Positions 28,715-36,972 of a stretch of 64,000 nucleotides of DNA are shown here, one piece after another; position 1 is the first letter of the stretch, and each line of letters begins with the position of its first letter. The stretch comes from Polyangiaceae bacterium. GTDB lineage: Bacteria > Myxococcota_A > Polyangia > Polyangiales > Polyangiaceae. Made by a program: the position numbers and the translations under genes. Location: NCBI GenBank assembly GCA_044376115.1, contig JBILLK010000009.1, forward strand, positions 32,001 to 96,000, given 5' to 3'. Below the pieces are notes generated by a model. It was not told the DNA's origin. It worked only from the letters and a program-made list of their open reading frames with translations, and ran no database searches.

Positions 28715-28765
28715 GCTCCGCGTCCTCAACCCGCCGTCGCCTTCGTGCCGCTGAGGACTTCGCGC

Positions 28766-29575
28766 TCAGCCGCCCATGAAGGCTTTTTTCATTGCCGCTA
28801 CCGAGACTGAAGCGCCGCCCAGGCCCCAGCCGCCGTCGACGGCGATCACAGCGCCGGTGACGTAGCTCGCCATCGGGGAGGCCAGCCACAAGCAGCAATT
28901 GCCGATGTCGCGGACGGTGCCAAAGCGCTTCAGCGGTACGGTGTCTGCGACCAGGGCGCGCAGCTCGGCGGTGGGCGCGAGGCGCTCCACACCCTCGGTG
29001 TCGGCGATCGGTCCCGGCGAGATCGAGTTCACCCGCACGCCGAGCGGGCCCCACTCCATCGCACCCACCCGCGTCACCATATCGATGCCGGCCTTGGCGG
29101 CGCACACGTGCATCTGCATCTCCATCGGCACGTAGGACTGCGGCGCTGTGATGTTGATGATCGAACCGCCCGGCTGCCTCATGTGCGGCAAGGCGGCCCG
29201 CAGCACATGGAAGGTGCCCAGCAGATCGATCTCGACCACCGAGCGGAAGCCCTTCGGCGAGATGCCCATGGCCGGGGCAGGGAAGTTACCGGCGGCGCCG
29301 GAGACGAGTACGTCAATCGGCCCGAAGGTCTCTTGGGTCTTGGCCAGCGCGGCCTCCACCAAGGTGTGCTCGCGAACGTCGGCAGCGAAGCCGAGGGCCT
29401 GGCCGCCCTCGCGTGCGGCGCTCAGCTTGGCGACCGCTGCATCGACTTTGGCTTGCGAACGGGAGAGCACGGCGACGCGCGCGCCGGCCTCCGCGAAGGC
29501 CATGGCGATGCCCAGGTTGATGCCGCTGGTCCCGCCCGCCACAAACACGTTCTTGTCGGTGAAATCGAAGCTCAT
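28766..29575 (-). CDS. SDR oxidoreductase, 2,4-dienoyl-CoA reductase-like
   Basis: GGTSGIN, SGAAGNF, HVCAAKAG, NSISPGPI. Confidence 0.9.
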   Translation of the reverse strand: MSFDFTDKNVFVAGGTSGINLGIAMAFAEAGARVAVLSRSQAKVDAAVAKLSAAREGGQALGFAADVREHTLVEAALAKTQETFGPIDVLVSGAAGNFPAPAMGISPKGFRSVVEIDLLGTFHVLRAALPHMRQPGGSIINITAPQSYVPMEMQMHVCAAKAGIDMVTRVGAMEWGPLGVRVNSISPGPIADTEGVERLAPTAELRALVADTVPLKRFGTVRDIGNCCLWLASPMASYVTGAVIAVDGGWGLGGASVSVAAMKKAFMGG

Positions 29576-29683
29576 GGATCGGCCTTCGCACAACGGCGCG
29601 CCGCGGTCATCCGTCTCATGAAAGCACCGCGAGCAGGCGCAAGAAGGCCGAGCACGATCGCGCGTACGGCGGCCTCGCTTTCG

Positions 29684-30532
29684 CTAGGCGATCGGCGGCG
29701 GCAGGCCCATCGCTCGCCGCGCCTCGTGCATCGCCGCAGTGATCTCGGCCTGCTGATCGCGCACGACGAAGGTCTCGATCGAAGGCGGCGGTGCACCCTC
29801 GATCGGCTTGCGCATCACGTACACGCGCACCAGCACAGCCTTGCCTTCACGCGGCACGACGTCGACGCGTCGCTCCACCTGCAGGCCGGCAGCGTCAGCC
29901 GCTTGTTCCCCGCGCTGATCGAGGAGCGCGCCGGTACAGGCGACAAATCGCCCGTTCGGCGCGAGCAGTCGGCTCGCCGTGAGCGCGTACTCTTCGATGC
30001 CGCCGCGCGTCTCGAAGCAACACGGCCCCCGTTGCTCCTTCTCACTCACCAGGCCGTGACCGAGCGGAATGTACGGCGGAGTACCGGTCACGAGATCGAA
30101 CTCGGGCTCCGCAGCGAGCTCACGCAGGTCCCCCAACTTCACCTCGCAACGTTCGTCGATGCCGTTGAAACGAAGAGAGCGCCGGGCCAACCCAACGCTG
30201 ACCTCCTGCGCCTCCACACCGCGCACGGTGGCGTGCGGAAAGCTCCACGCCACCATCATCAGCACCGAGCCAATGCCACAGCCGAGATCGATGCAGCGCA
30301 TCGGTGTGGTCTGCGGCTGCTGGCTGGCAACCCAGGCCGTGACGAAGTCGTCGAGCGACCAACGATGCCCGTCGCGCTTTTGAAAGATGCGAAAGTCCCC
30401 GGTCAGGTAGCTCAACGTCTCGTCGGAGCGAGGTGCGAGCTCGGGGTCACCCAGCGCTCCGCGGGGTTGCGGGCCAGGAGCAAGCCAACCGGGAGGTCGG
30501 CGGGGGGCTTTCGGCAGGGCGTTGTCCAACAT
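29684..30532 (-). CDS. tRNA1(Val) m6A37 methyltransferase-like (TrmN6/YfiC family)
   Basis: GHRWSLDD, DLGCGIG, TPPY. Confidence 0.78.
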   Translation of the reverse strand: MLDNALPKAPRRPPGWLAPGPQPRGALGDPELAPRSDETLSYLTGDFRIFQKRDGHRWSLDDFVTAWVASQQPQTTPMRCIDLGCGIGSVLMMVAWSFPHATVRGVEAQEVSVGLARRSLRFNGIDERCEVKLGDLRELAAEPEFDLVTGTPPYIPLGHGLVSEKEQRGPCCFETRGGIEEYALTASRLLAPNGRFVACTGALLDQRGEQAADAAGLQVERRVDVVPREGKAVLVRVYVMRKPIEGAPPPSIETFVVRDQQAEITAAMHEARRAMGLPPPIA

Positions 30533-30897
30533 CAGTACCTCGTATCGAGGGGCATCACCGGCCGAGCCGGCTTGGCCGTTGCTTCAGGCAATGCGGCTGG
30601 CGCTACCGTCGGTGCAACGGCCAGTCCCAGGCAGTCTTCAGCGCTCAGGATGTGCGGCGCCATCAAGAAGATGTGCGCAGGCGGATCCGCCGCCGTCGGA
30701 CCTGGGAGGTCAACCCCAACCACCGAAGGTCGCGCACCGTTTTGATAGGCCGCGACCACGGCCGAACAAACGCGTTCGCGGTAAAGGGCCTTCAACACCG
30801 CTGGCTCGGTACCGAGCGTCGTAGGCGCTGGCCGGCAGCTGCTGGCGAGCAGCGTCAGAACCGCTGCCCTGTGGACCAACCTTCTCACGATCACCAA
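30532..30897 (-). CDS. Hypothetical lipoprotein
   Basis: Lipobox-like LASSC; 1-nt overlap with the methyltransferase start. Confidence 0.5.
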   Translation of the reverse strand: MVIVRRLVHRAAVLTLLASSCRPAPTTLGTEPAVLKALYRERVCSAVVAAYQNGARPSVVGVDLPGPTAADPPAHIFLMAPHILSAEDCLGLAVAPTVAPAALPEATAKPARPVMPLDTRY

Positions 30898-30922
30898 GCG
30901 ATCCAGTTCACCAAGCGACGCC

Positions 30923-32341
30923 TCAAGGAGTGGGCGCGCTGCCTAGATGTTGCGGATTGCCCGGCATGATCTGCGTGAAGTCGGCGGCGGTGTTGCCGGT
31001 GTCAGTCGCGTTCCCAGCCGCGCCTCCGGGCCCACGCTCGAAGCCGCGCTCGGTGTTGCCGCTGACGTACACGAACGGCGTCCCTTCACAGTTGTAGCCC
31101 GCGACGAAGGGATTGCCGCCAAAGTAGAAGCAGGCCGCATCGATGATGGTGTTACCGCGACGGATGATGACGCTCGGTTTGTCGGGGACGAGGCCAGCGT
31201 TGTTCTCCTTCTGATCGGCGATCCCAGGGTAGCCGCTGCCGGAGAGCAGCAAGTGCCCGTGTGCCGGGATGACCTGGCCGTTGCTGGTGAACTTGACCAC
31301 GTAACTCGCGCCGCTACCGCGGGTCGCAACCTGCAGATCCGTCGGCAGGGTCACCGCGTTGTCGCGAGGGTTGTAGAGCTCGATGTAGTCGTCGGTTGCG
31401 CCGTTGGGGCCGGAGGGCCGCACCTCGCTGATCAGCAGGTTGTACTCGGCACAAACGCTGGCGGTGCAAACCGCCGAGGTGCAGTCCTCGTCGTCGCCGC
31501 AGCCACCACCAACCTCGCAATCACCGCAAGGCCCGCCACAGTCGACGTCGCTCTCGCCTTGGTTCTCGAAGCCGTCGGTGCAGGACGGCGAGCACACGCC
31601 ATTCGTGCAAACGCCAGAGAGGCAGTCCGACGAGAGATTGCAGTCCTGCGTGAGCTCGCAACCTCCGCAGCTGGGCCCGCCGCAGTCGGTGTCGGTCTCC
31701 AGCCCGTTTTGAAGGTTGTCATCACAAGCTGGTGGCACGCAGTTGAACTCTGGCGTGCATAGCTCGAGGCCTTCGCAGTCGAGATCGGTGAGGCAATCGA
31801 CGCACTGGCTGTCCTCGGTGCAAACATTGCTCACGCCACCACAAGCGGTGCCGGCTGGAACGGCCACATGCTCGGGGGCGCCGTCGAGGCAACTGTCAGT
31901 GGTGCACGGGTTGCCGTCGTCATCGACGTCTGCGTCGTCCGATTCGGTCGTGATCTCTCCGCTTCCGTCGCAAATGTTGCGTTGGCAATTGCCTGGCGTC
32001 TGCTCGGCGATCACGGTGCCTGCGGCCGCTGCGTCAAAGCCGCAGACGTCGTTCACGCAGGTGCGGGTACCGCACTCGGTATCGACGCCTGGGCACTCGC
32101 TGGCGCTGGTGCATCCACCTGCGCCGCCGCTCCCTCCACTCCCGCCGGCTCCACCATTGCCACTTCCGCCGGTGCCGTTTCCGCCCCCGCCGGCGCTGCT
32201 TCCACCGGGCCCGTTGCCGCCAGGACTGGACGCTCCCGAACCGCCTGTTCCCCCTGCACCGCCCTCCACCAGGGTGGAATCGTAGGTGTCACAAGCTACC
32301 AACAGCGAAGAGAAGCAAAAGAGTGCCGTGAAAGGCCGCAT
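30923..32341 (-). CDS. Cys-rich lipoprotein with Gly linker and C-terminal lamin tail domain
   Basis: LVAC lipobox; Gly/Ser linker; DDGNPCTTDSC and NGLETDTDCGGP repeats; LLISEV...DDYIELYNP. Confidence 0.85.
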   Translation of the reverse strand: MRPFTALFCFSSLLVACDTYDSTLVEGGAGGTGGSGASSPGGNGPGGSSAGGGGNGTGGSGNGGAGGSGGSGGAGGCTSASECPGVDTECGTRTCVNDVCGFDAAAAGTVIAEQTPGNCQRNICDGSGEITTESDDADVDDDGNPCTTDSCLDGAPEHVAVPAGTACGGVSNVCTEDSQCVDCLTDLDCEGLELCTPEFNCVPPACDDNLQNGLETDTDCGGPSCGGCELTQDCNLSSDCLSGVCTNGVCSPSCTDGFENQGESDVDCGGPCGDCEVGGGCGDDEDCTSAVCTASVCAEYNLLISEVRPSGPNGATDDYIELYNPRDNAVTLPTDLQVATRGSGASYVVKFTSNGQVIPAHGHLLLSGSGYPGIADQKENNAGLVPDKPSVIIRRGNTIIDAACFYFGGNPFVAGYNCEGTPFVYVSGNTERGFERGPGGAAGNATDTGNTAADFTQIMPGNPQHLGSAPTP

Positions 32342-32398
32342 GACAAGGCTATAGCTGACAGGGACAGGGGTCTCAAGGCAGCAGCGTTCGATGCGCGT

Positions 32399-32429
32399 CA
32401 CGGCGCGGTGTGACACGGCGCGGTGTGAC
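32399..32429. repeat. Exact 15-bp tandem duplication
   Basis: cacggcgcggtgtga at 32399-32413 and 32414-32428. Confidence 0.85.
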
Positions 32430-32433
32430 CTGC

Positions 32434-33126
32434 TCAGTCGATGTCCCTTACCACCAGCCCAAACACCTTCTCTCGAACAAAGGTTGCGCCTTTCGCGGTG
32501 AGGTTGGGCGAGTCGGTGGTGATGTCGGCTTCACGCAGCTTCTCGATGCTGAAGCTCCCTCCGAAGAGCGCCTCCACCTCGGCTTCACTCACCGAATGCG
32601 GCGGCGCACTCGTGGCGTCATGTTCCAACGTCTCCAGCAGGATGCGGCCTCCTCGCGTTAGCAACGCGCGCAAGCCCGCCGCATAGCGAACGCGGTCCGC
32701 AGGCAAGATCGCCACCAGCGCCGCGCGATCCATGATGCCGTCAACGGCCGCTTGTTCCGGAGCGACGTGCAACATCGAGCGCGCTTGCTCGGCGCTCAGC
32801 TCGAACGCGTTGCCTTGGGCGAAGGTGATGTCACCCCCACGGTACACCTCGAACGGTGGCGCATGCTCGACTTCCGGCTTGCGGCTGGCCTCCTCGAAGA
32901 ACGCGGTAACCGCCTGTTCCACGAGCTCGCAAGCCAACACGCGGTGCCCGCGCCGTTCGAGAAAAAGCAGGTCCAAGCTCTTGCCGGCGAGCGGTACATA
33001 GAGCCGCTTTCCCGGCTGATCCTGGTCCAGCCAGGATGCAAACGTGACCAGGTTCGGGTTCACCTCGGTGCGGTGAAAACCGATTTGTCCGGCCTGCCAC
33101 CGACCTTGCCAGAAGGCGGGCTCCAT
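32434..33126 (-). CDS. tpm: Thiopurine S-methyltransferase
   Basis: MEPAFWQGRW...IGFH, VPLAGKSLDL, DRAALVA, PPHSV. Confidence 0.9.
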   Translation of the reverse strand: MEPAFWQGRWQAGQIGFHRTEVNPNLVTFASWLDQDQPGKRLYVPLAGKSLDLLFLERRGHRVLACELVEQAVTAFFEEASRKPEVEHAPPFEVYRGGDITFAQGNAFELSAEQARSMLHVAPEQAAVDGIMDRAALVAILPADRVRYAAGLRALLTRGGRILLETLEHDATSAPPHSVSEAEVEALFGGSFSIEKLREADITTDSPNLTAKGATFVREKVFGLVVRDID

Positions 33127-33129
33127 CGC

Positions 33130-33420
33130 TTAGGACTGACCGAACTTGATGCCGCTCACCTGCTCGAAGCGCTCGTGCATCGCCTTCTCCTGCGAGCTCG
33201 TCGCCTCTGTCGCTTGGCTGGGCTGCGCGGACCCGCTGCTGACAGCGCCGCCTCCGGACCAACCGCCTCCCTTGAGAATAAAGCCGGTTCCTGCCGAGAT
33301 CTGACGTCGGGCCTTCGGGGCGTGACACGCGGGGCACTCGGTCAGAGCGTCGTCTTTCATCGACTGAAAGACCTCCCAGTCGTGTGCGCAAGCATCGCAT
33401 TTGTACTCGTAGGTCGGCAC
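33130..33420 (-). CDS. FmdB family zinc ribbon protein
   Basis: PTYEYKCDAC...CPAC...GFILKGGGW; AGGAG RBS before the GTG at 33420. Confidence 0.92.
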   Translation of the reverse strand: MPTYEYKCDACAHDWEVFQSMKDDALTECPACHAPKARRQISAGTGFILKGGGWSGGGAVSSGSAQPSQATEATSSQEKAMHERFEQVSGIKFGQS

Positions 33421-33567
33421 GCTGCTCTCCTCTGACGCATTCGGTTTCGCGTCGCCCGGCGAGTCTACCGTGCCAAGTGGCGCGTCGCCTCGCTGAATCT
33501 TCGAGCAACGACTCGGGTGCGTGGCGTCGTCCTTGCCTCGCCGCAGCGACGCGATGAAACTAGCGCC

Positions 33568-34413
33568 GTGCTCGCCCTGATTGAACGTGTTTCGGATGCA
33601 GCCCTCCGGCTCTCGGGGGCTCGCAGCCTCTACGCGCAAACGAGCGCCGGGCGGGTGCACGCCTACGAGCTGCGTGGCCCGGGTCAAGGTACGGTGGTCA
33701 TGCTGCACGGCATCGGTGCAACAGCGACGGCCTATCTAGCCGTGGCGAGGATGATGAGGCCTTTCGCCGCGCGCATTTTGCTCCCGGAGTTGCCGGGCCA
33801 CGGCCGCAGCGAAACCCCGCCCAAGCTCGACCGCGCGACGCTAGCGAGCGCCGTCCGCGAGGCGCTCGACCACTGGGTCAGTGAAGCGAATCCGGCGATC
33901 TTCCTCGGCTCTTCGCTGGGTGGTGCCACCGCGCTCGGCTACACCTTGGAGAGCCCGTCGCGCGTGCGCGCGTTGGTGCTCGCCTCGCCCGCCGGCGCTC
34001 CGCTCAGTGAAGCCGAACTGAGCGAGCTTCGAACGCGCTTCAACTTGCGTACGCGCGAGGATGCACGGCGCTTCTTTCGTGAACTCTTGCATCGTCCGCC
34101 CGCGGTGTTTCGCTTGCTCGAGCGCGGGTTGGTCGAGCAGTTGGGCTCGGACACGGTGCAAGGCTTCTTGGCCTCGCTGCAAGAGGAGGACTTTTTTCGC
34201 GAGCAGGCGCTGGCCGGCATTCGCTGTCCGATCGTCGTGCTGTGGGGTCAGAGTGACCGCATCCTGCCCCGTTCGAGCCTCGCGTTTCTGCGCGCGTCGC
34301 TCCCCTCGGGCACTTCCTTTGAAGAGCCCGCCAATATCGGTCACAGCCCGCACCTCGAGAATCCTGCTTTGGTGGTCGCCAAGCTGCGCGAGATCCAGCG
34401 CGTGGCGCTGTAG
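33568..34413 (+). CDS. Alpha/beta hydrolase
   Basis: MLHGIG, LPGHG, GSSLGG, WGQSD, GHSPHLE; start uncertain. Confidence 0.9.
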   Translation: MLALIERVSDAALRLSGARSLYAQTSAGRVHAYELRGPGQGTVVMLHGIGATATAYLAVARMMRPFAARILLPELPGHGRSETPPKLDRATLASAVREALDHWVSEANPAIFLGSSLGGATALGYTLESPSRVRALVLASPAGAPLSEAELSELRTRFNLRTREDARRFFRELLHRPPAVFRLLERGLVEQLGSDTVQGFLASLQEEDFFREQALAGIRCPIVVLWGQSDRILPRSSLAFLRASLPSGTSFEEPANIGHSPHLENPALVVAKLREIQRVAL

Positions 34414-34421
34414 CGTTCTGC

Positions 34422-35351
34422 TCAGGGTGCGCTTTTGCGCTTGAAAAGTCGGGCGCAACGCTCGACCAACGCGTTCGCCTCTGCGTCGCTCAGGTACACC
34501 GCGTAACAGCTGATCATCAGGTACGAGAAGATCGGGATCGTCATCAGGATGTCGATGCTGACGTGGAACACGATCCCTGCGGCGATCAGATAGGGCCGCG
34601 CTCGTTTCCACCAGATCGCCAAGGGAAAGGCGGTTTCGAACAGCAGCGTGCCGTAGGTCATGAGCCACAAAAGCGGCTTCGAGTTCACCTCGATCGGCCA
34701 CTCTGTGAGCAAGGGTGAAGCCAGCACCTCACGCAGCGCCACCCCTTCGCGCCACCGGGCGTAAGCGAGCTTCTCGATCACTGACGCGAGGTAGACCCAC
34801 GCGATCTGCAGCCCAACCAGCCGCTGCCCCCACACCGTGCCGCTGCGCGCAGCGAGCCCGCGCTTGGCGCGCAGCCAACCGTCGAAACTGTAGCGGCTCG
34901 CGAGGGGCATCAGCGTCGCCAGCGCCACCACAATCGCGAACAGTCGATCTCCCGCGTTGAGAATGAACGGGTTCCGATGTTGCAGCGAGATATGCAGGTA
35001 GGCCAGCACCAGCGCGGCGATGCGCGGTTGCAACCCAAGCAGCAGTGCCACCGCAGCGAGGCTGAAGAGCGCCGCAACCAACTGCAGCAGGGCGAAGCTC
35101 TCCGGCGCCCAAGCGAGCACGCTCACGCGAATGAATGGGTCTCGGCTCACAAACTCGAACGGAATCATCCCCGAAGGGCCCCAGTAGCGGTCGAGGTTGA
35201 GCCAGATACCCAGGGACTGCCAGCCAGCGATCAGCCCAAGGAAGACGCGCAACAACGCTGCCGCCGAGCCGTCGGTGGGCGTGAGGAAGAAGCGCGCGAG
35301 GGCGCTTGGTCTCGCGCTGGCTGCGTGCGCTGAAGTCCCGTTTTCGCTCAC
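34422..35351 (-). CDS. HTTM-domain membrane protein (vitamin K-dependent carboxylase/SdpB-like)
   Basis: LRVFLG, RNPFILNAGD, LQIAWVYLASVIEK...W..G, FETAFP, GIVFH. Confidence 0.85.
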   Translation of the reverse strand: MSENGTSAHAASARPSALARFFLTPTDGSAAALLRVFLGLIAGWQSLGIWLNLDRYWGPSGMIPFEFVSRDPFIRVSVLAWAPESFALLQLVAALFSLAAVALLLGLQPRIAALVLAYLHISLQHRNPFILNAGDRLFAIVVALATLMPLASRYSFDGWLRAKRGLAARSGTVWGQRLVGLQIAWVYLASVIEKLAYARWREGVALREVLASPLLTEWPIEVNSKPLLWLMTYGTLLFETAFPLAIWWKRARPYLIAAGIVFHVSIDILMTIPIFSYLMISCYAVYLSDAEANALVERCARLFKRKSAP

Positions 35352-35896
35352 GGTTCCTCTTGCGCCTCCGCTGCTATATCGGCGGCACCGAGCGAGGGAT
35401 CGCTGCAGTCGCGTGTGAGCACGACGGTCTGAAACGCCTCACGCTCTACGCTGCCGTCGGGTCGCAACTTGCGCGCATGAACGATGACAGCGCGAACCTC
35501 GACGACGTCGAGCGCGCGGGCCTCTCGACAGGCGTGCATCAGGATGGCCCGTCCGATTCGAAACAGTTGGGGAGGCGAGCTGAGCGTGCTCAGGATCTTA
35601 CGCTGGCGTGCGTCACGCACTCGAGATAGCCACGACTTGTTGGTGGCGTTCGCCGTTTCGAGCGTGATTTCCTCCCCCGAGCGCTTCACGCCCACGATCT
35701 CCACGATCGAGTCTTGGGGCGGCCGAATAAACATTTCCCAGCTGCTGCCCATTCGCAGCCCGCTGGTGTACGGCCGAAACAGCTTCTGCGCAGCTGATCG
35801 CACCACGCGCGGTGCGCTACTACCAACCATGGCGGCCAGGTGAAGTACCGTCGCGCCAATCAGCAGCCAGCGCTTGAGCTTCGCAAGGCCGCTCAC
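35348..35896 (-). CDS. HTTM partner protein (SdpA/DUF5819-like), single N-terminal TM
   Basis: VLHLA TM segment then SWEMF; 4-nt overlap with the HTTM gene; start uncertain (35896-35995). Confidence 0.6.
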   Translation of the reverse strand: MSGLAKLKRWLLIGATVLHLAAMVGSSAPRVVRSAAQKLFRPYTSGLRMGSSWEMFIRPPQDSIVEIVGVKRSGEEITLETANATNKSWLSRVRDARQRKILSTLSSPPQLFRIGRAILMHACREARALDVVEVRAVIVHARKLRPDGSVEREAFQTVVLTRDCSDPSLGAADIAAEAQEEP

Positions 35897-36024
35897 GGCT
35901 TCAATCGTCGGCTGAACTCGAGTCCCCACCGCTTCATTCGTCCGGCTCAAGGCGCCCTGGTTGAACCTACAAAAACGAAACAGCCAGGGAATCAAGATTC
36001 CCTGGCCGATCCAGTTGCGAGACA

Positions 36025-36051
36025 GAGACCGAACGCTAAGCGCTCAGTCTC
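36025..36051 (-). terminator. 12-bp stem-loop just after the small lipoprotein stop codon
   Basis: Minus strand gagactgagcgc-tta-gcgttcggtctc (two G-U pairs); weak U-tract. Confidence 0.5.
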
Positions 36052-36057
36052 GAGTCA

Positions 36058-36354
36058 TCAGCAACCTGCAACACACTCGCCGTAGGTGGCGAGAGCGTCG
36101 AGGTCCTCACCCTTGAGGGCTTCGCAAGAAGCGGACTCGGTGCAGCCAGCAACGCACTGAGCCTGCGTGCCGAGCTCGTCCGTGCACTCCACGGTCTCGC
36201 CGGTCTCGCTGCCGCCGTCGGTGGTCGTGAGACCGCACTCGTCGGCCTTTGCAGCAATGCGGTCTGCAGCGTCATCACAGTCGTTGCCGCAGCCAACGCC
36301 GCCAACAACCAAGCAACCCATCGCGAATGCCATCAATGCCGTCTTCAAGTTCAT
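36058..36354 (-). CDS. Small acidic Cys-rich lipoprotein (98 aa)
   Basis: GGAG RBS; signal ending GVGC; mature part has 8 further Cys, CVAGC twice, and is D/E-rich. Confidence 0.8.
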   Translation of the reverse strand: MNLKTALMAFAMGCLVVGGVGCGNDCDDAADRIAAKADECGLTTTDGGSETGETVECTDELGTQAQCVAGCTESASCEALKGEDLDALATYGECVAGC

Positions 36355-36972
36355 TGTCTCCACCCTTGTGTGTTCTACGGAAAGTAACCGAGTTGTCCGA
36401 GCTGCCCGTTCTACTTCAGGACTCAGGAGTTCTCCCCTGACGTTCCACCCAAGCGGCCTATTCACCGGAAAGTGGACGTTGCAATCAGTCGGCAGAAGTG
36501 AAGTAAAACGTGCTGCTGAGGCGACCTCAGAAGGAGGCCGTGTTGTAACTCGCTATCTCGCGAGGAGCAAGTTTCCACTCCCAGCTCGATGCCGGGCGAA
36601 CGGATATAACGCGCTGCAGCCTCTGTCCAGTTCTTTTTCGGCGTCAGCTCCTTGCCCGTCCGCGCTGCGCGCCCGTTGGCGCTTGCGGCATGGAGTCCGC
36701 CGTTTTGGGAGCACATTTGCGACGGTGGGCTCAGCTTGCCAGGTCCGGTGATGGTTGGTCGGCGGATGAGGTGCCGACACCCAGTTTGAACGCTAGACTC
36801 CCGGCGTGTCGCTTGAATACGGCGGGAAGGAACGAGTCAGCTCATGCCTTGTCTTCGCCATCGAGCGCAAGAGGAGATGATGAATCGCGATGTTGGGACG
36901 AACGAACTCGAAGGTTAGCAGGGCAGCAGCATGAAGCCTGATGGTTGCAATAAGGCCTATAGTTCTCGCTGC

